Shown here in pieces: positions 49,948 to 63,350 of a DNA stretch of 64,000 nucleotides. The notes beneath the pieces are model-generated. The model was given only the letters and a program-made list of their open reading frames with translations, had not been told where the DNA came from and searched no databases. The translations under genes and the position numbers were made by a program. Position 1 is the first letter of the stretch. Every line of letters begins with the position of its first letter. This DNA comes from Massalongia carnosa (Eukaryota): NCBI GenBank assembly GCA_965645245.1, contig OZ287068.1, positions 2,356,001 through 2,420,000 on the forward strand, written 5' to 3'.

Positions 49948-52172
49948 TTAGTCTTGATCATTCTCTAACAAGCAAAGGTTTTCCGAGATTGAAGCCATCT
50001 CTGCAGGTGTTAAGGGTTGAACGACACTGCTCGGAGAGAAATCGATGTGGTAATTATCATCCGGTGTATAATTACGCTTCTGGCACTGCGGTTCCGACTG
50101 CATAGCCATGGTCTCGGCCTGGATCGGCGTGCACTGAATCCGCGTAGCAGAATAAGCAGGCTGTCGTTGGAGGTTCGACCCTAAGTTCTGTGCGGGGGCC
50201 AAATTCTGGAAGTTTGAACCTCTTGCAATGACTATGGTACCGAAGTAAGGTATAACGAGCTTCATACTCCCAGTGGCCTGTCCACCGTTACGGCCCATGG
50301 CAAAGAGCGTTTTGCTGACCTTGAGACCTTGCGTCACCACCGCACTATCCATGGCACCTGTTGGATCGCTAAGCATGTCCGCCACCTTATCAACCAGCTG
50401 CCGATCCTGCATTTCACGCTCTTGTATATCATAATTATCCTTGTCCGAGTGTGGGCCAAGAAGATTAAGCAGCAAGATAACCACGGCCGTGAACGCTTGA
50501 AAATCTGTGACCTTGCAGACAAATGACAAAACAGCCTGCTGGCCTCGCATAAAAATATACCGACTTATCATCTCGCGGGATTCTTTGAGAGAAGCCGACT
50601 TGTTATAAGTGATGCTTGGCTCGGTGGCGGAGCGAAGCATGTAAGGAAGATGTAGCAAAGCTTCAACTTGATAATGCCAAAACTGTGCCATTGCCCGGCT
50701 GATCAGATGTGCTGCATCTTGAGGCTTAGCGGGCCATGGTGAACTCAACACATTCCACGAGTCTTCGGCAATTTCCTTTGCAAGGTTCTCCAGCCTTTCA
50801 TCGATTTCTTGGGTTACTGTGAAGCCAGGAGTCTAAGCGGCTTGGTTTCTGTCAACTATCTCGGCGGTGATGATGGCCAATTTCCTCAAATAAATCCCTT
50901 CAAGGCTAGTGTTTTGACCTCCTAATTCCAAATCACAATGCTTGTTTGAGATGCCGTAGGGTAGACCAAGAATAAGAGCAATATACCGATCAGCCTCAAA
51001 TATAAACCACCAGATTTCTCTCAGCCGTTCACTATGTGCTGTGTTTAGCCCTTTGGTAGAAAATCTAGAAATACGATGCAATCCCATAAGAAGTGCAATA
51101 TCAAGCGCACGACGGAAACAAAGCCACGCTCTGCGAGGTTTCCCAGCATTAGAATGCCATACACCTTGAAGCACAAGACACTCCAATCCCTATAGATTAG
51201 CAACTAGTTCATCATCTGATGTCACTAGGCTAGACGTCTTTGAAATGCACCTTTCCATGAGATCTTGCGGGGGCAAGGGAAGTTTGAGCTGTGCATGATC
51301 GTAATTTTGTGGGAGCTGTTGCAGGCTGGTTGCAATCAAAAGTAGCGCTCGAGAAATAAAGTTAGGATGGCTTGTGGTGAGAGAGGGGAAAAAATAGCTC
51401 ATCCAATGGCTTTTCGGTTTCTCTGGCTCACGTGCGGAGTATTCATTAAACCATACCGTCCACCAGGTTTCGGTTGCTGATAACATCGTTTCGATAGCCT
51501 GTTGCGACGGCATGATAGCTAACAGGGATCTACACAAACCGTCCAGCTTGGCTTCATGCTTTTTAGCAGAGACGTTGAACAAAGAATCTGATTGATGATC
51601 GTAAGCTTTGTCAGGTCTAGATCCATCACCTTCGGTAGCTCCGCGGTCAAACTTTTAAATTCTCAGTCCACTGAAGAAATCCATGATCTAGAGAAACACC
51701 TACAATAGCGTTGTTGAAGAGTGATAGCACAGGCACCGTTTCGTAAGGCTGACATGACGTTTAGGAAGGAGTGATAACATCGATACCTGAGCTCCTCGGA
51801 GGCGCCCCCGAAGCCTGAAAAGCATTATCTAGGCTCCTGCTGACCGAGCCAACTTTTTGAATCAGCGTCTCTAGCATGTGTTCCAGCCGTCCGACTCATT
51901 CGCCGATGGCCCTACCATTGCTGCCGGTAGCATTCAGTGGCTCATCACCCACAACTTCTTGGCTCATACATTTTGCGTCTCGAGCGGCATCCAGCGCACA
52001 CATCATCGCTTTCTGCTTCGTATTGACATCGAATTTTGCGTCGCCTACCTATGAAATATCAGTGATGAACTCGACTACGGTCAAGTATGGGCAGCAATGA
52101 CCTACACTCCCAGCACGAATGGGTTCCTTTGCGTAGCCGCTTTCGCTGAGGCTCGTCCGTTGACTCCGACAT
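49948..52172 (-). pseudogene. Zn(II)2Cys6 fungal transcription factor pseudogene
   Basis: MSESTDEPQRKRLRKGTHSCWEC, an intron, then RRRKIRC..CAGC; the sixth Cys is out of frame. The fungal-TF middle region (GKPRRAWLCFRRA, WWFIFEADRYIALILGLP, QAFTAVVILLL) is broken by stops at ~51190 and ~50833. Confidence 0.85.
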
Positions 52173-52232
52173 GCGTTGCGGCCTGAATTATCGAAAAGGC
52201 TTTATTGTCGCACAGTGTAGATCAAGGTTATA

Positions 52233-53524
52233 CAGTCCCGTGTCAAAACTTTCCGACTCTATCCGCGATTTTCGTGATTTCGCGTTTCAACCCTCCAACC
52301 CATCAACTTTGACCTCATCATTTCACCGTGCCACGCACTCCGTTAGCTTGAATTTCTAGTAATAAGCCTCGTAATACCGAATTGAATCAATGTCAAAGAG
52401 GTATGATTATTGGAGCTCAGGCGTTGGGGCATGCACCGGCCGAAATTGCAAAGACATTAAATGTGCTTCGAACCATCGTGATTTAAACTCTTCAAAAGCA
52501 CTCAGAACGCAACAACGAAAAGTCCAAATCGCGATCGAGTCGGCCTGGAATATTTTCGAATCGCGATAGAAGACGTACCATCAAACTTGCACGAATCAAT
52601 CCACGCATCACTTATGCGCAGCTGCGTATCGAGACCAGGGTGCAATGCAGTCGATCCACTCTCTATCGGACGCTCAAAGACTACGGTCTAACAAACTGAC
52701 TGACTAAAAAGCGGCCTTTATTGACGCTCGAGGTGGCAAAGAAGAGATTGAAATGATGCTTGCTTCGGCGTGAGTGGACTTCTGAGCAACGATCAAAAAT
52801 TATATAATCAGACGAGTGTTCGGTGGAAAAGGGATCAGAAAAACAGCGTCAATGGATGTTCAGATTTTCGGAGGAAAAATGGAAAAAATTTATGATACAA
52901 TCGTACGCCAAAGGCAAGAAGATCAAGATCATGATATGAGAGGTTTTTTTAAGAAGAGAAAGGTCAGATCTTTACAAATTGACCCGCGATTTCGAAGCAA
53001 AGAAGATGAGGTACTCCGCGAATTCATATTTGAAATTATTGAACGATAATCTGCTTGAAATTTGGGAATCGGGCCTCATTTCATGCAGGATAATGCACCG
53101 ATTCATACTGCAAAAAGGTGAAGAAATAGTTCGATGAAAACGATATAACAATAATCGATTAGCCTTCCTGTTCTCCTAATTTGAACCTTATCGAGCACGT
53201 TTGATATATGCTCAAACAGCTCGTTTATCAAGTCAATTCGGACATCGATTCGGTGACTGATAGTGATGATAAGATCCGCGAGATACTTTGAAAAGCGTTG
53301 GAAGAAGCATAAGCCTTAATAGATGAGAAAATGTTGAGAAGTTTAATAGAGAGCATGAAAAGGAGGATTGAAGCTTGCATTCAATCGAAAGAATGGTATA
53401 CGAAATATTAAAAATATATTTCTCAGCCCAAATTCCTTGCTAGAATGTATGTAATCATCGCACGAAGTTTCAAGGCATCAAAATAAAAACTTAGTGGTTG
53501 TCAGAAACTTTTGACCTAGTACTG
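52233..53524 (+). mobile_element. Degenerate Tc1-like DNA transposon
   Basis: Imperfect 25-bp TIRs CAGTCCCGTGTCAAAACTTTCCGAC and (reverse complement) CAGTACTAGGTCAAAAGTTTCTGAC, with TA on both sides. Transposase remnants *SDEC, MQDNAPIH and D*PSCSPNLNLIEHV* carry many stops. Confidence 0.88.
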
Positions 53525-53737
53525 TAGGTACTAATCGATTTTAAACCAAACACGTGATAAGGCGCATATAGAAAACAAGGTTTCTATCTAGTATTTGATC
53601 AAAATGGAGTCCATCTTGTTCTCTATATTTTGCTCACCATTTTGGTCGAAACTCTTTGTGTAAAACATAGAATAAACATCAACTATTAATTTCCCCGAGC
53701 GAGTACCTCAATTTCCTCAGCTGATTCAATACATCCA

Positions 53738-55190
53738 TCACTCCTCCTCCCCCTCCTCAAACTTCCCCGCAAACTTACTCTGTAGCCGAATGCGCTTCCC
53801 ATACCGCCCGAAAACAATCGGGTCAGGCAAAACAAGGTAGCCAGCCCCGCCAGGATAAACGACGCTAACGTTGGCGCCCAAACCTTCAAACATCTGCCGC
53901 GCAAACAGCGGAAACAAAGCTGCTAGCACCCCGCGCAGCACCGACAGGGACGCATTGGCTGAAGCGGCATATATGGTGTAACTGTCCGTCAGGTAGCTAG
54001 CGAGGATGGTATGAAACTCGGCCCCGGCGAATCCCACGAGGGCGAGAGGCAGCATGGAAATGATCCAGGGAGCGTGCACGAGGGCGGAATGGTGGCTCCG
54101 AACCACCAGAGCGCAAGCGCAAGGGTAGGAGCCGCAATATAGAAGCCTGGGAGCTTATCTTCGGGAGTCATAGCGCGATTGGTTTTCTGTCTTGCACCGG
54201 CAATATGGTCGTCGTGGAGACGCACGGAGATGTTGAAGATGAGACCGACGAAGATAGGGACGAAAGCGAGGGAGGGTTGTTGTTTAGTAAAATCGAAAGG
54301 CGCGGGGCACACGACAGTCAAGGACTTGGTGAAAGATAGATCAGGGCTGTAACAAAGGATTCCATGACAGCGACCAGGAAAACGATTGGTTCCGTGAAGA
54401 AGAACCGCACAGGCCGTATGAGTGCTGTGGTGATGAACGCTCGGAGGCCTGGCACGCTGTCGGAATCGGCACTCTTAAGTTAGTAGCCAGTAGCAGCCGA
54501 GATACCGGAAACTTTACTGTTGAGGAGCTGGCTTGGCCGGCTTTCGTGCATAACCAGGCATAGACAGCAATACTGCTCATGACAATTGCCGCAATATAGA
54601 AAATCCATTTCCTAAGCTTAAGTCGACGGGAATTATACAGGATGCTTGAGATTCTGCTGGTGGCCTGTACATGTACCAACCGATTGGAGAGGTGGTAATG
54701 TTACCACGCCTGTCACCGTAGAAGCTTGCCATGCAAAAACCATCCATATCCGCGGTCGGGTATCTCACATCCTCGATACCGCCCGCCACCACGACCGATG
54801 GCACCGCCGATAATACCCCGCTACCAAAACGGCCAATTGCAATAACGGGAAGCCTCGGAATTGCTGTAAGAACGCAGAATATAGCATAGAGGAGTGTGGA
54901 GGTAATATAGAATGTCCGCCGGCCTATTTGCTCTAAAAATGGGGGAAAGAAGAGCGAACCAACTGCCTGGCCGTACATGTACCTAGAAGCGAGATTTTAG
55001 CTGTGCCTGTCCTTGATCCGAGATAAGGCCTATACATACAAGGACGTGAATATAAAAAGGGCATACACGGGCGATATGTGGAAATCTAGATGTGCTTGAA
55101 GGGATGCTGAAGTCTGTCTCGCTATTAGATCTCTCAGCTATGTGTCATTTCTAGGGCTAATACCCCAGCGCTGCTTGGACCAAACCTCAT
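53738..55190 (-). pseudogene. MFS DHA1-type transporter pseudogene
   Basis: Fragments YMYGQAVGSLFFPP, GRFGSGVLSAVP, PEDKLPGF..LWWFGATIPP and YLTDSYTIYAASANA..FPLFARQMF are scattered over several frames. The 5' boundary is approximate. Confidence 0.8.
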
Positions 55191-57609
55191 CGACCCGATA
55201 GTTTCGGGGTGCATTAATGATGTTTTGAACATGCTTTACGGAATCTGGGTAGGATTTTGTTTCTGCTTTCAAACCGCAATACGCAGTGTCTGAAACCACT
55301 CATGATTCTTTTCCAGATCGTTGTTAGTTGGACAAGTCATTGAGGATAGCATGAAAAGCCGCAGACATCATATCTATTGAAGCTAGTCCACGACTCAAAA
55401 TACAGGCCACCACTTAGATAACACAATTGCTCTCCTGCAGGGTCGATCTTAACCCTGTACAGAATGTTTTGGGCCCTTTGCCGCGTTAGCAGATACGTAC
55501 AGCTACTCTGTCGTCAACAACCAATGGCTGCAACCCCGCCAGACTCGCTCGTCATCACCAGCATCCACGCCCACGGTTTTCTCCGGGCAAGGCAGTGGAC
55601 GATAGTGCTCTAAAGGGGAAAATGGATGGTGACTTTCTTCAACCCATACTCTAGGAAGACTACAAGCAATCCTCCTGCGCCCTTATATTCCGCTTAATTC
55701 CCCCTTAGTACCATCGTCATCGTTATGAACACCGCCCTCATCATTGGGTTTTCGTAGTCCTGGAGGTTCCCCATTCTAGTGGTTTCTCATGCATCCGGCA
55801 AATCAAGGGTTAGAAAGCAGCTTTTTTGCTCGTTTGGTTTTTCAGCTGCTTTCGCGGGACGTCCGTCCAGCGTAAAGGTCTGGGATTTGTCGAGCAAGGA
55901 CCTTCAGCATCGACGGTCGCAAGTAAGCGCTTGGGGAGCATCACATCGTCCCACGGTTCTGGTAATTGGCGGTCCAATCCGTCTCTCCCAGCTCCCGCGG
56001 TCAGTTAGGTCAGCGAATATTCGAAGTAGAGGTTAGATTTTGAAAATGAATTATGGTTTCATCGAGGTCCTGCAATAAATTTAAGCTCAAGACGCGATAT
56101 GAAAACATCTGATTTTTCGTAGATTTCCATTGGTTATAAGAAGCTTCTATTTATTTTCCCTTCGAAATCCTGTCCCGAGTGCAATGGTTCTTCGATCAAG
56201 AGTTTTTATCATGAGGTCTATTGTTTAATAGATTTAGCATTTGATCGCGATCGGGTGGAGCAAGAAAGGAGTAATTACATATTTGATTTAGCCAGCACGG
56301 AGAAAAGCACTCGAAGAGGCAATATATTATTTGCGAGATTAGATACTTGTAGCATTTCAATCTTCAATTCGTTCAATTCTTCCCCTCATTACATTCTTCC
56401 AATCATCTTACCTACTCATCACCTATCTCAATCACCTTATCAGGTATTCAGCTCTCTCGCTTTTCTTTCATTCACTTTCACCTCGCTTTCAAGCAAGCAA
56501 AACAAGCAGATAATTCACATCGCAAAGCAGAGCGGGGTTTGTCATTCAGCATGCCTAATTTCTACATTCTGCGTACTGCAGCATAACTAGTCATAGTCGC
56601 CACGAGGTAGAAAGAGCGAGCAAGCGGTCAAGCGAACCTAATCATATGATCAGATAGGAAGATAAATATGTAGGTAGATAAGTAGGCAAGACTTTAGATA
56701 GATAGAGACAAGGATCAGATGTTAAATCTCTTATGATATTAATTGACAATCCATCCCAGCTAAAATACATTCGTGTTAGCAACGAGTTCATAAACCAGCA
56801 AAATAATCTCTTTGCTTACGATTGCCAATTTCCAAGTTCCCCCCTTTCCACAATAAGAAACCGATTTTTCACTTTGCTCCCAACTCCAGCCCTCATCATT
56901 AAAATTTCACACACCCGCCACCCCCTTACATACCAAACCTTCAATTCCCCTCCTCTCCCCCCCCAAAAATCATGTAAAGTAGTAAATCCATACGCTTGCT
57001 TACCTATCTACCTTTTAAGTTGCACTACACCGCACTACACCGCACTAACCGAACCCATTAGCTAACTGACTATCTAATAAGCAAAAGGCAGGAAACAGGT
57101 GCTGGGACTCGAAGATACGGATTAGCTTTCAGTTGCCTGTTTAGGTGATTTTTATGGAAGGAGTGGATTGGAGGAAGAAGGAGAAGATCCAAGAAGGGGA
57201 AGAAAGGACCTTCCATGCTTAGATGCGAACTTTCGTGAGGTTTGTATGTATGTGTGTATTTACATATATAGGGGCTTCTATCAAGGAGGGTTGTCTCGAG
57301 GTAGGAAATAAACCCGGTTTGGACGTATATAGGTAGGAAACCAAGCTTTTTACTCGGGAAACTAGACAGGAAAAGAAACAGTAAACATCACGCACACGCA
57401 CACGCACACGCACATCCAAAACTCCGTCATGGCAGTCATGAGATTAAACTATCCTAGTTGAAAACAGGGCCGTATGATGGTTCGTTAATTGTGCATTCTC
57501 TCGTTACTCGTCTTTTGTTTGCAATTTTCCAACCATCCCTCTCATCATCTCCCACATCCTTGATCTAACATGAAGGACGATTGTATCCACCCTTCCTGAA
57601 ATCGGCCCT

Positions 57610-60048
57610 TCAAAACACATCTTCTGGCCACTCATACTTCTCCTTCTGAATGTCGGGAAGCGGCTTCTCATTGTTACTCTTCAATCCTGGAGCCGGCTTG
57701 CTAAAAACACTCGAGGTAATTTTCTCCGCTGCTGGCTGACTTTTCGCCGTTGTGGAAGCGAGGTTGCTTAGAATCTCATTCGTACGTGTCGCCGGGTCAA
57801 ACTCCACTGGAGGCGGCAGCGTGGGTAACGGTTGGCTATGAGTTTCGGCAATTTTGCTCTTCGGGGACTGCACGGATTTGCCCTTGCCTGAGGAGGCGGT
57901 GCACGGACGGCCAAGGATGGGTGGGACCGGGTGATTTTGGTGAGAGAGCGAGGTGTAATCGGTCATTGCCTTATCTTCCGATGTGAGGCTGCTAAGGTAT
58001 TCGTTCAGCTGAACTTCGGTGATTGTAGGAAACTTTTTGCGTAAGCTGTGAATATCGTCAGAGTGCTTTCCGAAGGAAGTTTTGGTATCTGGCGTGGACC
58101 GCATTGATATGAGTTTTGCTTGATCGACCGTGCTTGGATCAAAGGAACTCAGGACGACAGGAAGTGGGGGGATAGGATCAGCCTTTTTGAGTGGCGAGTT
58201 GTGAGGGGTACGAGGGACGGGTTTCATTTCATTCGTGTCGGGCACCTCGGTATCCTTGAGTCTATGCGATTTTTGCAATGGTCTCATACTTCGTCGGAGT
58301 TTAGGCTTCTTAGCATCATCAAGCTCCACATCCTCCTCAGCAACACTATTTGGCTTTGGAAAGACATCCTCTTTTTCTCGAGCATGACTCTTTCTCTTCT
58401 TCGATCGAGATTGTTTGGATACTGAGTTTTGTAACTCTTGGTTTAGCTGCGCGGCAGCATCAGGTATCACGGCTTCATTTTCCACCCCCGAAGAGGACTT
58501 AGCAGCCTGTCTTTCAGAAAATGTTGTGCAAGGCTGTTTTGTGTCATGTTCGTTCCTCTCTCCACCGTTCTCGCTAGTGGTGTAGGCTTTCAAAACACCC
58601 TCAGAGGGTAACGAGGGAAGTGCACCTGGAACGAAAGGTTTTAGCCCGGTGGGACTGCTGATCTCAGGATCCATTGTGCTGTCTTTAAGCGACAATTTTA
58701 AATTCCGGCGAGCAATTTCTAGCTGACCCTCCAAATCGCTAACTCGCTTGCTAAGTCTTTGCTGCTTGGCAATATCTTTCCTGGACGGTTGCTTGCGCAA
58801 GCTTTGGTCAATAGCGCTGGTGGACTTTAATTTGTCGTAATCGAAAGAAGAATCCACGGAAGGGACGGCGGGTCGTTTCGCGGATGGTAACTGGACATGG
58901 GACTTGACTTTCTTCAAGCTCTGAAAGGATGGTTTTCGGAATTGAATCGATGACTTGCGTGCAGAGCCCGTTTCAGAAAATGGACTTGCAACACGGGCGA
59001 TCTTAGGAGTTAGGGAAGGTGGCATGAACCCTCGATTAACTTTGGACTCCAGGCTAGCGGGTTTGAGTTCAGATGATGAGCGATATCCATCCACGTCGAC
59101 ACCCGAATCTCGATGTGGAGATGCTCGAGATTGTCCACTAGTATCCTCACATCTGATTATTGGAACTTCCATAGCAGGTGGTGAAGGTCCAGAGACCTGA
59201 GTTCCCTTAAACCCAGCTCTCTTCAATTCAGCATATTCTCTCTCCGCCTTGACTTGGCGTGCTTGCATAATCATTTTCTCTGTGGGAGCAGCTTGCTCCT
59301 TCCCATCCCGAGCACCACCAAACCCCCGCCAGACAGAAAGCGGGTTGAAAGCATTAAAAATGGCTCTGCCAAAGCGATACATGCCCGATGGCTTGGATGA
59401 CTCTATTTCAGCATCATGATACGTGTTACTTCTGTTAGATGCTACGTTTTGATCTCGCGGTACGTGAAATGTATACGAGTAGGCAGAATAATGCTCCATT
59501 GCATCATCTTCTCTCAGATATGGACTTGGAGGCCTGTTGCTAACTCGATCGTTCATGCTTCCCTCAAGGAACTTGGAAGGTCTCGTACTGGAAGCATCCC
59601 GCCGCTTTGAACCAGGCGTAGGGGGTTGTTGTGTATGATTTTCCTGCTTCGCCTGTTCATCAGTGTCTTGATTTGTTTTGAATGGCCATTCCGTGCGTCG
59701 GTTTCGTTTATGGTCGAAAATGTGCTGTTCATCATGTACATTTCTGGATATTTTAGAGCCGTCCCGCGGCTCATGCATGAGTGATACATGTTGAGTTCGA
59801 GTTCGTTTCCGGGGGTTCGTCCCTGGATTGATAGAAGATGCGTTATGGTGAATTTGAGAGATTGATGATGCGGAATCCGTAGGTTTGTTGACAAATTGCG
59901 AATCGTCGTATTTCTACACCATAAAAGAGGAATAGTTAGTGAGAGTTGAAGCGTGTGATGACGAAAGGTCTGTTGCTACGGATAAGTGCATAGCCGTCTC
60001 TAGCATTGAACGCACCTGTGTTTGCTTTGACCTCCTGCCAGACGCCAT
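57610..60048 (-). CDS. Conserved fungal low-complexity hypothetical protein
   Basis: Long intact ORF with motif-like blocks RPSKFLEGSMNDRVS, RKQPSRKDIAKQQRLSKRVSDLE and terminal YEWPEDVF. The first exon MASGRRSKQTQ (60048-60016) is joined by a GTGCGT..CTAAC..TAG intron. Confidence 0.75.
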
Positions 60049-60282
60049 TCTTGCCGTACTTCTGTATTTATTTTCTGAGATGATGTGACAATCTACAGGG
60101 CACGGGGATGGAAAAGAATTAAAAAGACCATGTACGAGATATGTTGTCGGTATGAATCAAGGGAAATTTACATCAATAGAAATACGTACACAATAGGAAA
60201 AGAGTGATGATTGACACAAGCAAATGATGATATCCAATTGAAGTCGAGGCGGAAGTAAACACCGAAAACCCCACCCGAGGGC

Positions 60283-60295
60283 TGATGACTCATCA
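60283..60295. promoter_or_regulatory. Extended Gcn4/CpcA (AP-1-like) site TGATGACTCATCA
   Basis: Optimal ATGACTCAT core inside a 13-bp pseudo-palindrome, ~235 bp upstream of the start at 60048. Confidence 0.4.
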
Positions 60296-61339
60296 AAAAT
60301 AGGGGCTACGGATTTCAGCTACCTTAAGTCAGGTGACAGTCCACAATGAATATCGTCCAACTATATTAGGTACTCTCTTCTGGTATCTTTCTCCAACTAA
60401 TGCAAGTGGATACATCAAGTTTATTCATCGCTATTCATCATCAAATCAAGCGTCTTTCATCCACTCTGGAAAAAGCATGCTCTAACCATACAAAAACTCC
60501 TTCTTTGACCCTGAGGATGCATTCAGCCCTCGTGGCTCGCAATGTGTTGAATATTCAACTCCTACCAGTACAGTGAACACCTACCAGTTCAATGAACATA
60601 GCACCCACCTACGACTGCCCAGAGCACCTACAGAAACCGTAGATGCCGTATTAGGCTTAGCCTAGAGATTAGATAAGATCGGCTAGGATAATCTTATCAC
60701 CTCGCTTAGCAGAGGGTGACCAGTTATGGGACAAAGACTGCTGAACAGCATTCTTCATCCTTAACATCACGGTCATACATACCATTTTATCATAGCCATA
60801 TAGCCATAGTCATATACCTATTTCAACACAATGTGAGTAGCCAGCAGATTTCGCAAAAATCTGCTTGTGCTTCTGCTTCTGGCCTTCAGAGAAGATTACA
60901 TGATGGGCTGGGCCTAACAGAAGGTTCTTGTACTCCCGTTGCATAAGAGTCAAGAGAAGCTTGGGAGGAATTTTCATCTATTCAATCTCCTTCTTAGGTG
61001 CGAAAATGAGGGTATCAGCTTGTGTGATAGCTATGGTGTTCTTGGAGTCCCGTCAAGGAGTTATGGCCTAGACGTATTTCTTTACCCTCTATCAAAATAA
61101 TATCCCATTTGGTGATGATTCGTGGCTATTTTTCACTCTCTACTTTAGATCATATACTATCTTTATATGTTTGAAAAATTCCCTTCAAGACTAATGAGGC
61201 TGTCTTCTCAAGTCCCAATTGCGAGATGATATATCCAAAAGCTTGCAATTTCTTCTCGATTCCCGTTTTCCGAGGATCAACTTCATAAACTATATATAAC
61301 TTCTCTACCACTGCTCGAGCCAGCCAGTCTTTCGTATTC

Positions 61340-63350
61340 GCCTCCCGCGATTCATTGAGTTAGCGCTCATCAATGCAAAGAATACAAAAGCTGTCGTTCC
61401 AGCTTCGTTTGTTGGCCTTCTAGAGCAAAAAATCGCGCTTCGAACAGGTATTCTCAGCTCTTCGTGGAGTTAGCAGTCGAAGCCAAAGATGAGCTAGTGG
61501 ACGCTGTGAACTCCCAGCATTCCCTTTTCACGAAGACGCTAGAGGAAGTACGCAAGATCCTTCAGCCCAATTTCTCTTTGGGTAAAACGAGGAACCAAGT
61601 ATCTAAGGGTAACGATGCTACGGAGAAGACAGACAAGGGCTTGGCAAATCGTGTTGACAATCTTACGGTGGAAGAACCTTCTGAGCAAGACACAGTCCCC
61701 TCGGCTCTCCAACTCGTTACCACAAGTCCAAGCCCAGCTTTAGGTAGAGAGGTGGTTTACGACGTTTCAAAAGATGACAGAAACGATGATAATTTCTTTG
61801 CTCCGTACTGTCTGTTTCTGGACTTGCAAGCTCTACGAACATTTGCAAGCAACCTGGACAGCCTATAAGGCAGGCAATACAGATCTCTCGGCAGCCGCTC
61901 TTCTGACGAGTACGGTGATACTTCTTGCCAAGCAAGCAGAAGTGGGATTCTGTAAATCATTCGCAAGCCTTACTTCTGCAGGGACGCTTGGCTACTTGTT
62001 TTACAGCTACGTCGTCACTACTCTCAACACCATACCGAACGAACCTCCTCAGCCAAGAGATTCAACCGACTACAAACTGATAGATGTTGCGTCATGGACC
62101 TTTTGGCCAACCTATACCATGCTCAACCGGTTTTGTACCATTCTCCAGAAGCAGGGTATGTCACAGGCCAGGCGGGTCACAGCTGGGGGATATGATCCAA
62201 AATCCGACCGAGAGGCAATGACCACCCAACAAAAACTTCAAGAGGACCAACTCATTATGATGGGGGTCTTCCCAGATTTCTGTCTTCTTGGCCAGGCGGA
62301 AGTTGATCTCATGGGCGAGGATGCTCTGACCGCTGGCATGAAAGAGTTTTTCAAAACCCGGAAGGTTTCAGTCTGGTTGTGCTTTGGCGCGCAGATCTAC
62401 CTAGACATCCACCATCTCGTTCGGGACCAAGTCGGCGAGGGCCTCAGGGAATTGCAAGTCGCAGGACCGCATGCCAAAACGATTCTGAATATAACCGTGC
62501 AATTCACGAAATCTCCGCATGATTTTAGCTGGCCCAGGTCTAACGATGATGGCGTTCGGCATATCATTCAGTTCGTGGATCTTTTTCAAAAACAAGGACG
62601 CGCTAGACATGGTCAGGCAGCAGGTTTTGGAGACTTGTATAGCGCTGGACAGACAGAACCGTACTGCCTGCTATCTCGCCACCCTCTGCTTCGCGGCCTG
62701 ATGCAATTCACTCTCACCCTGAGGCTGCGTGATACCGGTCTGTCGACCATCCCTTGGCGCTCCATCCTCTATGTTGCACTCCTCTACCACGCGCTCCGAA
62801 TGACGTCCGTGCTAGCCGACCCCTGGCCGGAGATGGACACCTTTATCGCCGTGTGTACACCTGAGAAGCTCTTCATCGGCGGCCTGCCCACCACGCTAGA
62901 AGACTGTTTCAAGCGATTCTGCCTCATGGCCGGCGTTGCACCTGAATCGTTCGCGCGCAATCGCCGGCCGAAGCATGGGCATGCGGCAGAAGTGACTCGG
63001 ACCAAAAACCCGCCGAGGAACTGGTCCTCGATATCGCCTATTATGAAGATCTTCCACAAACAGCTTCTGCTCCAAGAATCAAACGAATCTACACTCTACA
63101 ATGTCAAATCGCTCGTAAACAACGATGATGCCTCGAGCGAGGTTGCAACCCCGTCCTCGTCCAGCAGCGGCTACCACCTTCTTACTTCCCTCAAAACCGC
63201 CCTAGCCGCCGAACAACCTCAGGTAATATACGATTACCTTAGCGTGCACTTCTAGAGCATGCACATTCTCCGCCAGGTGAACGCGGCGCTGCACAACAAA
63301 CTCGCCCCGCTCTTCGGCGCCGAATACGTCCTAGCAGGGCGGCGCTATGA
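61340..63350 (+). pseudogene. DUF6604-like protein, frameshifted and apparently 5'-truncated
   Basis: Segments HSLFTKTLEEVRKILQP, LANRVDNLTVEEPS, YCLFLDLQALR and VWLCFGAQIYLDIHH lie in shifting frames (shifts near 61460 and 61845). There is a stop at 63253 and no clear start. Confidence 0.6.

Noticed and set aside
56340..56760. Possible solo LTR (pyrimidine-rich then purine-rich tract)
   Set aside because: No TG..CA boundaries with a matching TSD, and no second copy in the window.
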